Positions 46,433 through 55,122 are shown, counted from the stretch's first letter. The stretch: DNA of 64,000 bases from an uncultured Gemmatimonadales bacterium (GCA_963828735.1 CAWHFW010000005.1:952417-1016416); one strand, 5' to 3'. The notes: generated by a model not told the origin, from the letters alone. Numbers and translations are program-made.

Positions 46433-48409
46433 ATGCTGCGATCCGACCGCTCAAGCGGACTCGCTCGACGCTTCCTCGCGACCGCGGCACTTTCGCCCGG
46501 CCGCGCGGCGCTCGGCCTTGTCCTGGCCACGCTCCTCGCGTGCGGTGGCGACAGCCTGACCGTGCCCGACCAGGGCACGCCCTCGGCGATCGCCATGGTG
46601 CGGGGCGACCGGCAGGACGGCGCGGCCGGCGAGCCGCTGGGCGATTCACTCGTGGTGCGGGTGACGGACCGCTTCGGCGACCCGGTCGGCGGCGTCGAGG
46701 TGGCCTGGACCCCGCAGTCGGGCGGGAGCGTGAGCCCGGCCACGAGCGCCACCTCCGCCGACGGCCGCGCCGCCACCCAGCGCATGCTCGGCGAGGCGCT
46801 CGGCCCCTACGTCACTACCGCCGCCCTGCCCGCCTCCCAGAGCACGCCCCAGCCGGTGGTGTTCACCGCCACGGGCGTGGACACGCGCCTCGTGCTCGCC
46901 GTGCCGCTGCCGGCGGTCGTGGCGGCCGGGGTCGTGCTCGACCCCCAGCCGGTGATCCAGCTCCGGGACCTCGAGGGCCACGACGTGGCGCAGCAGGGGG
47001 TGACGGTCACCGCTCGGCTCGCCGACGGCGGCACGGTGTCCGGCGGTGCCACCGCCGCGAGCGACGCGACGGGCCGGGCGACGTTCGCCGACCTCGCGAT
47101 CACCGGCTCGAACGGGAGCCACACCCTCATCTTCACCGCCGACGGCTTCGCCTCGGCCACGGCGACGGTGGCCCTCGGCATCGCGGCGCCGGGCTCGATG
47201 GAGGCCGCCGCGGGCGGCGACCAGTCGACGACGGTGGCGACGGCCGTGGCCGTGGCGCCCGCGGTGCTGGTGCGCGACCAGCAGGGCAATCCGCTCGCGG
47301 GCATTCCGGTGACGTTCGCGGTGACCGGCGGCGGCGGGTCGGTGAGCAAGGCCGTGCCGGTGACGGGCGCCGACGGCGTCGCGACCCTGGGCGGGTGGAC
47401 GCTCGGCCCGCAGGCCGGCGCCAACACGGTCGCGGCGACGATCTCGGGGCTCGAGGTGAGCGGCAGCCCGGTGACGTTCCAGGCCACCGGCATGCCGGCG
47501 GCGGTGGACGCCGCGAAGAGCAGCGTCAGTGCGGCGCCAACGGCCGTCTCCGCGTCGGGCGGGTCGAGCCCGAGCACGATCACGGTGACCGCGCGCGACG
47601 CGCTCGACAACCCGATCCCGGGGCTCGCGGTCACGCTCGCCGCGACCGGCGACGGCGCCGCGCTGACGCAGCCGGACGCGCCCACCGGAAGCGACGGCAC
47701 CGCCACCGGCGCCTTCAGCGCGACCACGCCGGGCGAGCATGTCGTCTCGGCGACGATCGCGGGCGTGCCGGTGACCCAGACCGCCACGGTGATGGTGTCC
47801 GCCGGCGCGCCGAGCGCGGGGCGGAGCCGCGCCACGGTGCCGGCGGGTACCGCGGGCGAGGGCACGACGATCGAGGTCCGGCTCAAGGACGGGCAGGGCA
47901 ACGACGTGGCGGGGCAGGCCGGGGCGATCGCGGTGACGGTCTCGGGTGCCAACCCGGCGGGCGCGCTGGACGTGGCGGAGGACGGCGGCGGCCGCTACAC
48001 GGCCACGTACACCCCGACCGTGACCGGGACCGACCATGTGGACGTGAAGGTGGCGGGCACCGCGGTCCAGGGCTCGCCGTTCTTGAGCGCGGTGGAGGCG
48101 GGGGCGGCGAACGCGGGCACGTCCATAGCGGTGGTGCCGGCCTGCGTCGAGCAGTTCCGGCTCCCCGCGCGGATCACCATCACGGCGTTCGACGCGTTCG
48201 GCAACCGGCTCAAGCGGGGCGGCGATGCATACCGGATCCAGGTGAACCAGGGTCCCCTGACCACGCCGGAGGACCAGAAGGACGGCACCTACACGGCGGC
48301 GCTCAACCTGCCGATTGGGGTGTTCCGGGTGGACATCACGCTCCAGGGCGCGGCGATCCAGGGGAATCCGTTCCAGATCATCGTGCCGTACCCGTTCTTC
48401 AACTGCTAG
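46433..48409 (+). CDS. Large lipoprotein with tandem bacterial Ig-like (Big/invasin-type) domains
   Basis: Start chosen at the ATG at 46433 (leader ...LGLVLATLLACGGD). At least six ~95-aa repeats of the type V.V.D..GNP..G..V.F...GGG.VS....T.A.G.A. Confidence 0.8.
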   Translation: MLRSDRSSGLARRFLATAALSPGRAALGLVLATLLACGGDSLTVPDQGTPSAIAMVRGDRQDGAAGEPLGDSLVVRVTDRFGDPVGGVEVAWTPQSGGSVSPATSATSADGRAATQRMLGEALGPYVTTAALPASQSTPQPVVFTATGVDTRLVLAVPLPAVVAAGVVLDPQPVIQLRDLEGHDVAQQGVTVTARLADGGTVSGGATAASDATGRATFADLAITGSNGSHTLIFTADGFASATATVALGIAAPGSMEAAAGGDQSTTVATAVAVAPAVLVRDQQGNPLAGIPVTFAVTGGGGSVSKAVPVTGADGVATLGGWTLGPQAGANTVAATISGLEVSGSPVTFQATGMPAAVDAAKSSVSAAPTAVSASGGSSPSTITVTARDALDNPIPGLAVTLAATGDGAALTQPDAPTGSDGTATGAFSATTPGEHVVSATIAGVPVTQTATVMVSAGAPSAGRSRATVPAGTAGEGTTIEVRLKDGQGNDVAGQAGAIAVTVSGANPAGALDVAEDGGGRYTATYTPTVTGTDHVDVKVAGTAVQGSPFLSAVEAGAANAGTSIAVVPACVEQFRLPARITITAFDAFGNRLKRGGDAYRIQVNQGPLTTPEDQKDGTYTAALNLPIGVFRVDITLQGAAIQGNPFQIIVPYPFFNC

Positions 48410-48453
48410 ATCTCGATTCTTCACCCCGACATCCGCCGGCGCCTCCGACCCGC
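48278..48453 (+). repeat. Direct repeat copy 1 (3' end of the Ig-like gene plus ~45 nt downstream)
   Basis: Hand-aligned to 50271..50449: 9 substitutions and one 3-nt indel. Confidence 0.9.
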
Positions 48454-48501
48454 AACGTCGCGGTGGCAGGCTCGATCCCCGGCGCGCGCGCAGCGTTCGC
48501 G

Positions 48502-48603
48502 GCTGCACGGCTTTAGGAGTGTGCTGCAGAGGTACGAGCCTGCCTGCCGGGTGTGGTTTATGCTGCCGGAGATGCGGTCTAATACCAGTTAGCCGGACGC
48601 ACC
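48502..48603 (+). repeat. ~100-nt intergenic element, copy 1
   Basis: Core CTGCCTGCCgGGtGTGGTTTATGCTgcCGGAGAtGCGGTCTAATACCAG is shared with 53442..53540, same orientation, about 80% identity by eye. Confidence 0.75.
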
Positions 48604-48633
48604 GACATCCCCTTCCACCAGGGAAGAGGCCCG

Positions 48634-48888
48634 ATGCCATTCGATGAGAAGTTGGCGGCACGCATTCGAGCACACCTGAGCAGGCGTAGAGGGGTAGCTG
48701 AACGGAAGATGTTTGGCGGGATCACCTTCATGCTGCAAGGCAACATGTGCTGCGGCGTGCATCGCGATGCTCTGATTGCTCGCCTCGGCCCTGAGGAGGC
48801 CGGTCAAGCCCTCACGGAACCGCACACGCGGGGGTTCGATCTGACCGGGCGTCCGATGAAGGCCTGGGTGCTGGCTGGCTATGAGTAG
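48634..48888 (+). CDS. TfoX N-terminal-domain protein
   Basis: 84 aa. KMFGGITFMLQGNMCCGVHRDALIARL resembles TfoX_N. Lower GC than the flanks. Confidence 0.75.
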   Translation: MPFDEKLAARIRAHLSRRRGVAERKMFGGITFMLQGNMCCGVHRDALIARLGPEEAGQALTEPHTRGFDLTGRPMKAWVLAGYE

Positions 48889-48941
48889 GCGACGCGTCGC
48901 AAAGAACAAGATCAGCGTACGGAAAACGAGTGAGAGGATCA

Positions 48942-50255
48942 ATGAAAGCTGTGGTTCGCGTCGGTTTAGCAACTCTCGCGCTCCTCGTTCTATGGGCCGT
49001 CGTCGTGTTCGTTGGGACCTCGGAAGGCTGGTGGAAGCACACACTCGCTCCTCGCGGCGACACCGCCGGGTTCATGGACGCCGCTGCCAAGCTCGTCGAT
49101 TCCAGCAACACAGGCAACGCTGTGTTCGTCGTAATCGACGATGGCGCTGTCCACGGCGTCCATGCCGTCTCCGTTGGCGAAGCGGTGGACGTGAATACCG
49201 TGTTCCAAACCGCTTCCCTCAGCAAGTGGATCACTGCTTGGGGTGTTATGGCGCTCGTCCAAGAGGGAAAGCTCGATCTGGACGCACCTGTTAGCACCTA
49301 CCTGACCCGGTGGGCGCTCCCCAAAAGCAAGTTCGACAACAACAAGGTGACGGTGCGGCGGCTGCTGAGCCACACCGCCGGGCTCACCGACGGACTCGGC
49401 TACGCCGGCTTCGCGCCCAACGCGGCCGTCCAGTCACTGGAAGAATCCCTCAAGCGACCGGCGGATGCGTCTCCCGGGGCCAGCGGCACTATAGAGGTCG
49501 GATACGAGCCCGGGTCCGAGTGGCGGTACTCGGGAGGTGGCTATGCAATCCTTCAGCTCCTGATTGAAGAAGTGACCGGCGAATCGTTCGAGGGCTTCAT
49601 GCAACGCGTCATCTTCCGACCCTTGGGTATGGTTCGGTCGTCATACAGTTGGACACCTGCAGCGGGATCGACACTCGCGACGTTCTACGATGTTGACTCG
49701 AAACCGGCGACTCACTACCGATTTGCGGCCGTTGCGGCCACGTCGCTGTACACGTCGGCGTCCGACCTCACGCGTTTCGTTCAGGCCCACCTACCGGGAA
49801 AGAACGGCGAGCCGATTGGGCGCGGCGTGCTTGGGCCAGCGATCATCAACGAGATGTGGCGGCCGCACGCATCCAAGTTTTCGGAAGACATCTGGGGCCT
49901 TGGAACTATCCTGTACGCCAGCAATAACAAAGGTGGCTTCGTCGTCGGTCATGACGGGGACAACGAGCCTGCGATAAATACCGCCGCACGTCTCAACCCG
50001 GCCACCGGCAACGGCATCGTGATTCTCGAGACCGGTACGCCCCTCCTCGCTACGAGGCTGGCCGGCGAGTGGGTCTTCTGGGAAACGGGCAACGTGGACT
50101 TCCTCGCGTTCACGATCGCGATCCCGGGGATGCTTCGCCTGATCGGTCTCGGCAGCCTCGTGATCGTGGTGGCTCTGCCAACAATCGCTTGGTCGCTTCG
50201 ACGCAAGCGGAGGGGTCGATCTTTCAATGCCAGCGCTTCTAGGCCTGGCACATAG
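48942..50255 (+). CDS. Serine hydrolase (beta-lactamase/PBP4*-like, class C fold), membrane-anchored
   Basis: ATG at 48942 behind GAGAGGA. N-terminal TM segment, SLSK (SxxK) motif, LLSHTAGL, and C-terminal hydrophobic segments. Confidence 0.85.
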   Translation: MKAVVRVGLATLALLVLWAVVVFVGTSEGWWKHTLAPRGDTAGFMDAAAKLVDSSNTGNAVFVVIDDGAVHGVHAVSVGEAVDVNTVFQTASLSKWITAWGVMALVQEGKLDLDAPVSTYLTRWALPKSKFDNNKVTVRRLLSHTAGLTDGLGYAGFAPNAAVQSLEESLKRPADASPGASGTIEVGYEPGSEWRYSGGGYAILQLLIEEVTGESFEGFMQRVIFRPLGMVRSSYSWTPAAGSTLATFYDVDSKPATHYRFAAVAATSLYTSASDLTRFVQAHLPGKNGEPIGRGVLGPAIINEMWRPHASKFSEDIWGLGTILYASNNKGGFVVGHDGDNEPAINTAARLNPATGNGIVILETGTPLLATRLAGEWVFWETGNVDFLAFTIAIPGMLRLIGLGSLVIVVALPTIAWSLRRKRRGRSFNASASRPGT

Positions 50256-50270
50256 GCAGGCATTCAACCT

Positions 50271-50449
50271 AAGGACGGCACCTACACGGCGGCGCTCAAC
50301 CTGCCGATCGGGGTGTTCCGAGTGGACATCACGCTCCAGGGCGCGGCGATCCAGGGGAATCCGTTCCAGATCATCGTGCCGTACCCATTCTTCAACTGCG
50401 AGGTTTCGATTCTTCACCCCCAACACATCCGCCGGCACCCCCGACCCGC
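50271..50449 (+). repeat. Direct repeat copy 2
   Basis: See copy 1. The TAG stop of copy 1 is GAG here. Confidence 0.9.
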
Positions 50450-50495
50450 TCACGCGGGTCGGTCCTCGTCAGCGGAGCGGGGTAATCTGAGCGAC

Positions 50496-50768
50496 ATGGA
50501 CCCTAGGTCTGACGCACCTCATTTCCGGTTGCCCTACCACCCCGCTATTCTCGACGCCGACTTGCCGCAGGCGCTATCGGGAGAGCCAAGTGGCCGAGAT
50601 TGGCCGAGCGGGCGCGGGGTCAGTTACCTGACTGCCGGAGTGGCGGTCGGCTATCTATTGGGTAGAGTAGTTTTCCGGCTCGCCTTGGCCGGGGCGTCTA
50701 TTGTTTGCGGTCTGGCGTTGGCTATCCTGAGCGCTGCGTTCGGCAGCGTTATTTCGACACGCCGGTGA
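50496..50768 (+). CDS. Possible small membrane protein (90 aa)
   Basis: Internal ATG of track ORF 50313..50768, whose first 29 codons are the duplicated Ig-gene tail. The C-terminal half has two hydrophobic segments. No SD. Confidence 0.3.
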   Translation: MDPRSDAPHFRLPYHPAILDADLPQALSGEPSGRDWPSGRGVSYLTAGVAVGYLLGRVVFRLALAGASIVCGLALAILSAAFGSVISTRR

Positions 50769-50969
50769 ACAGGCCCGCGCGGCTGACACGCGCGGCATGT
50801 AGATGGGTACGCAACAACCCTCTGCCGACTAGACCGGGCTAGGATCAGGAAGGAGAATCAAGGCGGGCCCGGGGACTAGCTAGCCGGAGGCTACGGGCTC
50901 GGGACCCGACTCTGCAGTTTTCAAGTCCCGAAGCTCGCGCCCTCCGGGCCTGCTCAAGGGAGGCGAGGC

Positions 50970-53375
50970 ATGGATACGGTACTCCAAGACCTCCGCCACG
51001 CTGTTCGGAGCCTTCGCCGCACTCCAGGGTTCGTCGCTATCGCGATCGTCACACTCGCCCTGGGGATCGGTCTGGCGACCGCGGTCTTCACGGTGGCTGA
51101 GACACTACTCCTGCGTCCGCTCCCCGTTCAGGACCAGGATCGCCTTGTCGTGCTGTGGGGTGAAGCGCGCGACCAGGCTTCCAATTATCCCCTTGACCTC
51201 GATGACGCCAGTGAGTTCGCCCGGCGAACCCGATCGCTCGAGGGGATCGCGTTCTTCTCCTACTATGGCGCTACGCCCAAGCCAATCCGCGACGGCGGCC
51301 AGATCTCGCGCCTCTCCCGCGCCCTCGTGTCCGGCACATTCTTCGAGGTGCTTGGCGCGCGGCCCTTGCTCGGCCGAGCGCTGCAACCGACGGACGACGT
51401 CAGCGGCGCAGCGCCGGTGCTGGTGCTGAGCTACCGTGCCTGGCAGCAGCGGTTCGGCGGTGACGCCCACGTCCTCGGGCGACGGGTCCTGACATACGAT
51501 GACGGGGTAGCCTATACGATCGTCGGCGTGATGCCTCAGGGACTGGACTTTCCAAAAGGCACCGATTTCTGGGCACCGGTCGTCCCCTCGACGGCTCCCA
51601 AAGAGCTGTACCTCATCGGGCGGCTCGCGCCGGGCGCGACTGCCACCAGCGCCCTGGACGAGTTGACCAGGTTCTTCGGCCGCGCCGAGGCCTCAGCGTG
51701 GCAGCGAGAGTTGCGCGGCGCCGTCGACTCTCTCCCAAGGCTCATTCTGGGCGATACCAGGCCGGCGCTGATCGTCTTCGCCGCCGCAGCCGGGCTCCTC
51801 CTGCTGATCACGTGCATCAACGTCGCCAACCTGCTGCTGGTGCGAGGCCTCGGACGGGTGCGGGAGATCGCCGTACGATCGGCCCTCGGTGCGGACCGTC
51901 CGCGGGTGATCAGCCAACTGTTGACCGAGAACGCGCTCCTCGCCATCGGGGGCGGCGGGCTCGGCCTCGCCGTGGCGTACATGGCGGTCCGGCTCTTCGT
52001 TGCGGTCGCGCCGGCCGGCGTACCCCGCCTCGACGAGATTACCGTGAACGCCGCCGCCCTGGCCGGCGCGGTGGGAATCACCGGCATCGCGATGCTCGTG
52101 TTCGGCCTTGCGCCAGCGGTCATCGCGTCGCGCGTCGAGATAGACCAGGCGCTCCGGTCGGAGGCGCGACAGAGCGCCAGCCGGCGTTCCCGGCTGGGGA
52201 CGGAGGCCCTTGTGGCGGGGCAGGTCGCGCTCGCCCTCATCGTCCTTTCGGCGGCGGGACTGATCGCCCGAAGCCTCATCAAGCTCGAGCGGGCCGAGCT
52301 CTCGTTCGAGTCGTCGCAACTCCTCATTGGCGATTTGACACTTCGCTACGAGCAGTACGACGACCCGACGAAGCAGCGAGCGATGCTCGAGAGGTTGTTG
52401 CCGCGCCTGGAGGCGATCCCGGGTGTGCGTGCTGTCTCACCCGTCGTGGCGGTCCCCTTCTCGGGCGCCGGCGGATGGGACGGCCACCCCGCGGCCGAAG
52501 GACAGTCCGCAGAGGAGGCGGCCGCGAACCCGATGCTCAACATGGAAGTCGTGACGCCGGCTTACTTCGAGACGTTCAGCATAGCGGTGATCCGCGGGAG
52601 GCGCTTCACGGACCAGGATCGCGAGGGTGGTCCCGCTGTCGTGATGGTCAGTCAATCCGCCGCGCGGCACTACTGGCCGGGCGAGGATCCCATCGGGAAA
52701 CGCCTGAGCATGGGAGCAGAGTCGGAGTGGACGGGCACCGTGGTCGGGGTTGTCCCGGACACGCGCTACCGCGATCTGCGAAACGCCCGCCCGAGCATCT
52801 ACTTCCCGCTCCGTCAGTCGTTCTTCCCCTACGTGCCCATGACACTGGCCGTCCGCACCAATAGCCCTCCGGCTGAGCTGGTCGCGCCGATTCGGCGCGT
52901 GATCAGCGAGAGCGAGCCTGGGGTCGCGCTGGCGAGCGCCGCACCGTTCGAGACGTTCCTGGCGGGGCCTCTGGCGCAGCCGCGCCTGAACGCGCTGCTC
53001 ATCGCCCTGTTCGCGGCTGCCGCGGTCACGCTGGCGGCCGTCGGCCTGTTCGGTGCCGCGGCCGCCATGGTGCGACTGCGTGCACGCGAGCTCGGCGTGC
53101 GGATGGCACTCGGTGCGAGCACAGGAGATCTACGGTGGATGGTGATGCGGCGCGGTCTCACGATCGCGGTGCTGGGATCGGCGCTGGGATTACTCGGCGC
53201 ACTGCTGGCGAATCGTCTGCTGTCGGCCATGCTCTACGAGGTGACTCCGACTGACGTGGCGACGTTCGCAGCGGTCACCGGGTTCCTCCTGGGTGTCACG
53301 ACACTCGCGATCCTCATCCCGGCTCAAGCAACTACGCGCATCGATCCCGTCATCGTGCTGCGGGCGGAAGGATAG
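50970..53375 (+). CDS. ADOP-type duplicated MacB/FtsX-like ABC permease (no ATPase partner adjacent)
   Basis: 801 aa behind AAGGGAGG. N-terminus MDTVLQDLRHAVRSLRRTPGFVAIAIVTLALGIG is the classic ADOP start. Two FtsX-like four-helix modules. Confidence 0.9.
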   Translation: MDTVLQDLRHAVRSLRRTPGFVAIAIVTLALGIGLATAVFTVAETLLLRPLPVQDQDRLVVLWGEARDQASNYPLDLDDASEFARRTRSLEGIAFFSYYGATPKPIRDGGQISRLSRALVSGTFFEVLGARPLLGRALQPTDDVSGAAPVLVLSYRAWQQRFGGDAHVLGRRVLTYDDGVAYTIVGVMPQGLDFPKGTDFWAPVVPSTAPKELYLIGRLAPGATATSALDELTRFFGRAEASAWQRELRGAVDSLPRLILGDTRPALIVFAAAAGLLLLITCINVANLLLVRGLGRVREIAVRSALGADRPRVISQLLTENALLAIGGGGLGLAVAYMAVRLFVAVAPAGVPRLDEITVNAAALAGAVGITGIAMLVFGLAPAVIASRVEIDQALRSEARQSASRRSRLGTEALVAGQVALALIVLSAAGLIARSLIKLERAELSFESSQLLIGDLTLRYEQYDDPTKQRAMLERLLPRLEAIPGVRAVSPVVAVPFSGAGGWDGHPAAEGQSAEEAAANPMLNMEVVTPAYFETFSIAVIRGRRFTDQDREGGPAVVMVSQSAARHYWPGEDPIGKRLSMGAESEWTGTVVGVVPDTRYRDLRNARPSIYFPLRQSFFPYVPMTLAVRTNSPPAELVAPIRRVISESEPGVALASAAPFETFLAGPLAQPRLNALLIALFAAAAVTLAAVGLFGAAAAMVRLRARELGVRMALGASTGDLRWMVMRRGLTIAVLGSALGLLGALLANRLLSAMLYEVTPTDVATFAAVTGFLLGVTTLAILIPAQATTRIDPVIVLRAEG

Positions 53376-53441
53376 GCGTTGGGATCATGATGGACAGCAC
53401 TCGCCGTACTGGTACCAGGGACACATGGAGGATAGGGAGGT

Positions 53442-53540
53442 GCTGCACCGTCTTAGGAGCGCTGAGGAGAGAAGCGCTGCCTGCCAGGCGTGGTTTATGC
53501 TCGGAGACGCGGTCTAATACCAGATAGGCGGACCGCGCCA
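53442..53540 (+). repeat. ~100-nt intergenic element, copy 2
   Basis: See 48502..48603. Confidence 0.75.
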
Positions 53541-53578
53541 CCAACACGGTGTGGGGAAAGAACGGAGGGGCAACAGTC

Positions 53579-53965
53579 ATGCCGCATACCCAGGGACCGG
53601 CCCTTACGTCGGATCAGTGGGAAGCACGAGACTACCGCCAACCGGCGCGCGACCTGGATAGCTGGGCGAAATCTCGCTCGGGCGCACGTGAGGATGACGC
53701 GAGTGAGTACGTGGCCAAGCTGGGTCTCAACGAGACGGGCTCGGTCGTTGTCATGAACCGGGCCCACGACCGCGTCCTGGTCCCGCCACCCGCCCGCGCC
53801 CCATTAGCGGCGTTCGCGCTCGCCGAGCAGCCGTTCGGCTTCACGCTCGCGGACGCCGCGTTAGTGGAGGCCGCCGCGACTCAGAGTCAGCATCAGGAGG
53901 CCGCGGCGGCCTTGCGGGATCTTGGCCAACGGATCCGCGACCTTCTGTCGCCGGCGGCCGCCTAA
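53579..53965 (+). CDS. Hypothetical protein (128 aa)
   Basis: ATG at 53579 behind GGAGGGG. MPHTQGPALTSDQWEARDYRQPARDLDSW... No family recognised. Confidence 0.5.
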   Translation: MPHTQGPALTSDQWEARDYRQPARDLDSWAKSRSGAREDDASEYVAKLGLNETGSVVVMNRAHDRVLVPPPARAPLAAFALAEQPFGFTLADAALVEAAATQSQHQEAAAALRDLGQRIRDLLSPAAA

Positions 53966-54038
53966 TCCGCAAATGCAGCCGACAGGCCGTGGCTGGCCGG
54001 CGCCCCGCGCGGGAATCCGACGACCATGGGGCGAGCCT

Positions 54039-54410
54039 ATGCACTCTTCAGGTCTAGCGGCAGTGGGACGGTGCTTGCTGCTCGTCACGGCCCTCGGCGC
54101 CTGTACCGAGTGGCACGTAGAGGCGGCAAGCCCCAGCGACCTCGTGACCACCGCCCATCCGACGCGCCTTCGCGTCACGCAGACGGATAGCACTCGTACC
54201 GTGGTCGAGGCCCCTGTCATCGTGGGGGATTCCCTCCGAGGCCAGGTGCAGGGAAGTGCCTGGGCGATCGCCCTTCCGGACATTGCCGCCGTGGCGGTGC
54301 GACGTCCGAGCGATGAGCGCAGCGCAATCCTGGTAGGAGGCGTCCTCGTGGCCGCCGGGACGATCGCGTTCAGCACGGGTAGCGACGGCCCGAGCACGCT
54401 TCGGAAATGA
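54039..54410 (+). CDS. Small lipoprotein, paralogue A (lipobox plus C-terminal Gly-zipper TM)
   Basis: LLLVTALGACTEW leader, RLRVTQTDSTRTVVEAPVIVGDSLRG core, ILVGGVLVAAGTIAF tail. Confidence 0.7.
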   Translation: MHSSGLAAVGRCLLLVTALGACTEWHVEAASPSDLVTTAHPTRLRVTQTDSTRTVVEAPVIVGDSLRGQVQGSAWAIALPDIAAVAVRRPSDERSAILVGGVLVAAGTIAFSTGSDGPSTLRK

Positions 54411-54660
54411 CCGACCGGGTGCCTATTGCTTGGCGCCTAACCCGCGCATGCAGCTGAATCGCAGCCGGGCCCCGGCGGAGCGTGCCTCCTCAGTCTGAAG
54501 CGGCTAACCCCTTTCCGCCACCAGCGCTGCCCGCCCGTCCGAACTGCCGATCCCTCCTGACGTACTCCACCATCGAGGCTGCGACCGCCTGGATGCCTCC
54601 TCTCCCGGCTTGACTGGCGCTTGAGCGCCCTCCCAGAGCTTCCGGTCACAAGCTCGATGG

Positions 54661-54812
54661 ACACCTCAGGCCGATGATCCATACGCCCGGGCGGGAACCG
54701 ATCCTTCATTCCGAGGCAGACGGGAGCTACCCATGATCAAGTCCGAGACGATGGTGCTCTTGCTGGCTGTGGGCTGGCTGAGTGCCTGCACGAGCTGGAC
54801 GATCCAGTCGGC
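54661..54812 (+). repeat. Inverted-repeat arm L (62 nt upstream plus the first ~80 nt of paralogue B)
   Basis: Reverse-complement match to 62179..62331, about 80% identity by hand with 2-3 single-nt indels. Confidence 0.8.
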
Positions 54813-55122
54813 TTCGCCCCAGCAGGTCCTGGCCGAGCACCAGCCCGAGAAAGTTCGGGTTACCCGCGCCGACAGTACGACCGTCGTCCTGAACCAGCCC
54901 GAGATCGCGGGCGACACGCTCTACGGGATCGGGCAATCGCAGGCCTCCGGAGGGCACGCAGACCGAAGCGGCGTGGCTCTGGCGGACGTGAAGTACGTCG
55001 CTATCCGGAAAGGGGATGCGACGAAGACCGTCCTCCTCGGGGTGGGGTCGGCGGCCGTAGGGGTTGGCACCCTGTACTTGATCGCCGCCCTTGCCTATGC
55101 GAATTCGAGTTCTGTATGGTGA
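54733..55122 (+). CDS. Small lipoprotein, paralogue B
   Basis: GGGAG SD. LLLAVGWLSACTSW leader, KVRVTRADSTTVVLNQPEIAGDTLYG core, LLGVGSAAVGVGTLYLIAALAY tail. Confidence 0.7.
   Translation: MIKSETMVLLLAVGWLSACTSWTIQSASPQQVLAEHQPEKVRVTRADSTTVVLNQPEIAGDTLYGIGQSQASGGHADRSGVALADVKYVAIRKGDATKTVLLGVGSAAVGVGTLYLIAALAYANSSSVW

Noticed and set aside
48407-48592. Stop-codon readthrough of the Ig-like gene TAG into a 60-codon extension, and readthrough of the serine-hydrolase TAG into the duplicated tail
   Set aside because: Long open frames after stops are expected at ~70% GC. There is no conserved peptide between the two element copies, because indels break the frame. No recoding signal was seen.
46540-48673. 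658-aa plus-strand and 675-aa minus-strand ORFs overlapping the Ig-like gene
   Set aside because: These are alternative or antisense frames of a repetitive, very GC-rich gene. Only the 46334/46433 frame yields a lipoprotein leader and Ig-like repeats.
48278-50449. Diversity-generating retroelement (variable-repeat/template-repeat pair) as an explanation for the repeat at the 3' end of the surface-protein gene
   Set aside because: There is no reverse transcriptase nearby. Only three differences fall in the coding part and all are synonymous. Only two of the three have A in the putative template copy. DGRs produce many nonsynonymous adenine-specific changes.
53955-54460. Integron-like attC sites: GCCTAAC/GCCTAAT motifs at 53959 and 54437, and GTTAGCC/GATAGGC inside the ~100-nt element
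   Set aside because: I found no paired R''/R' inverted structure at attC-like spacing, and no intI integrase or attI. The GCCTAA motifs are better explained as shared upstream sequence of the tandem lipoprotein paralogues.
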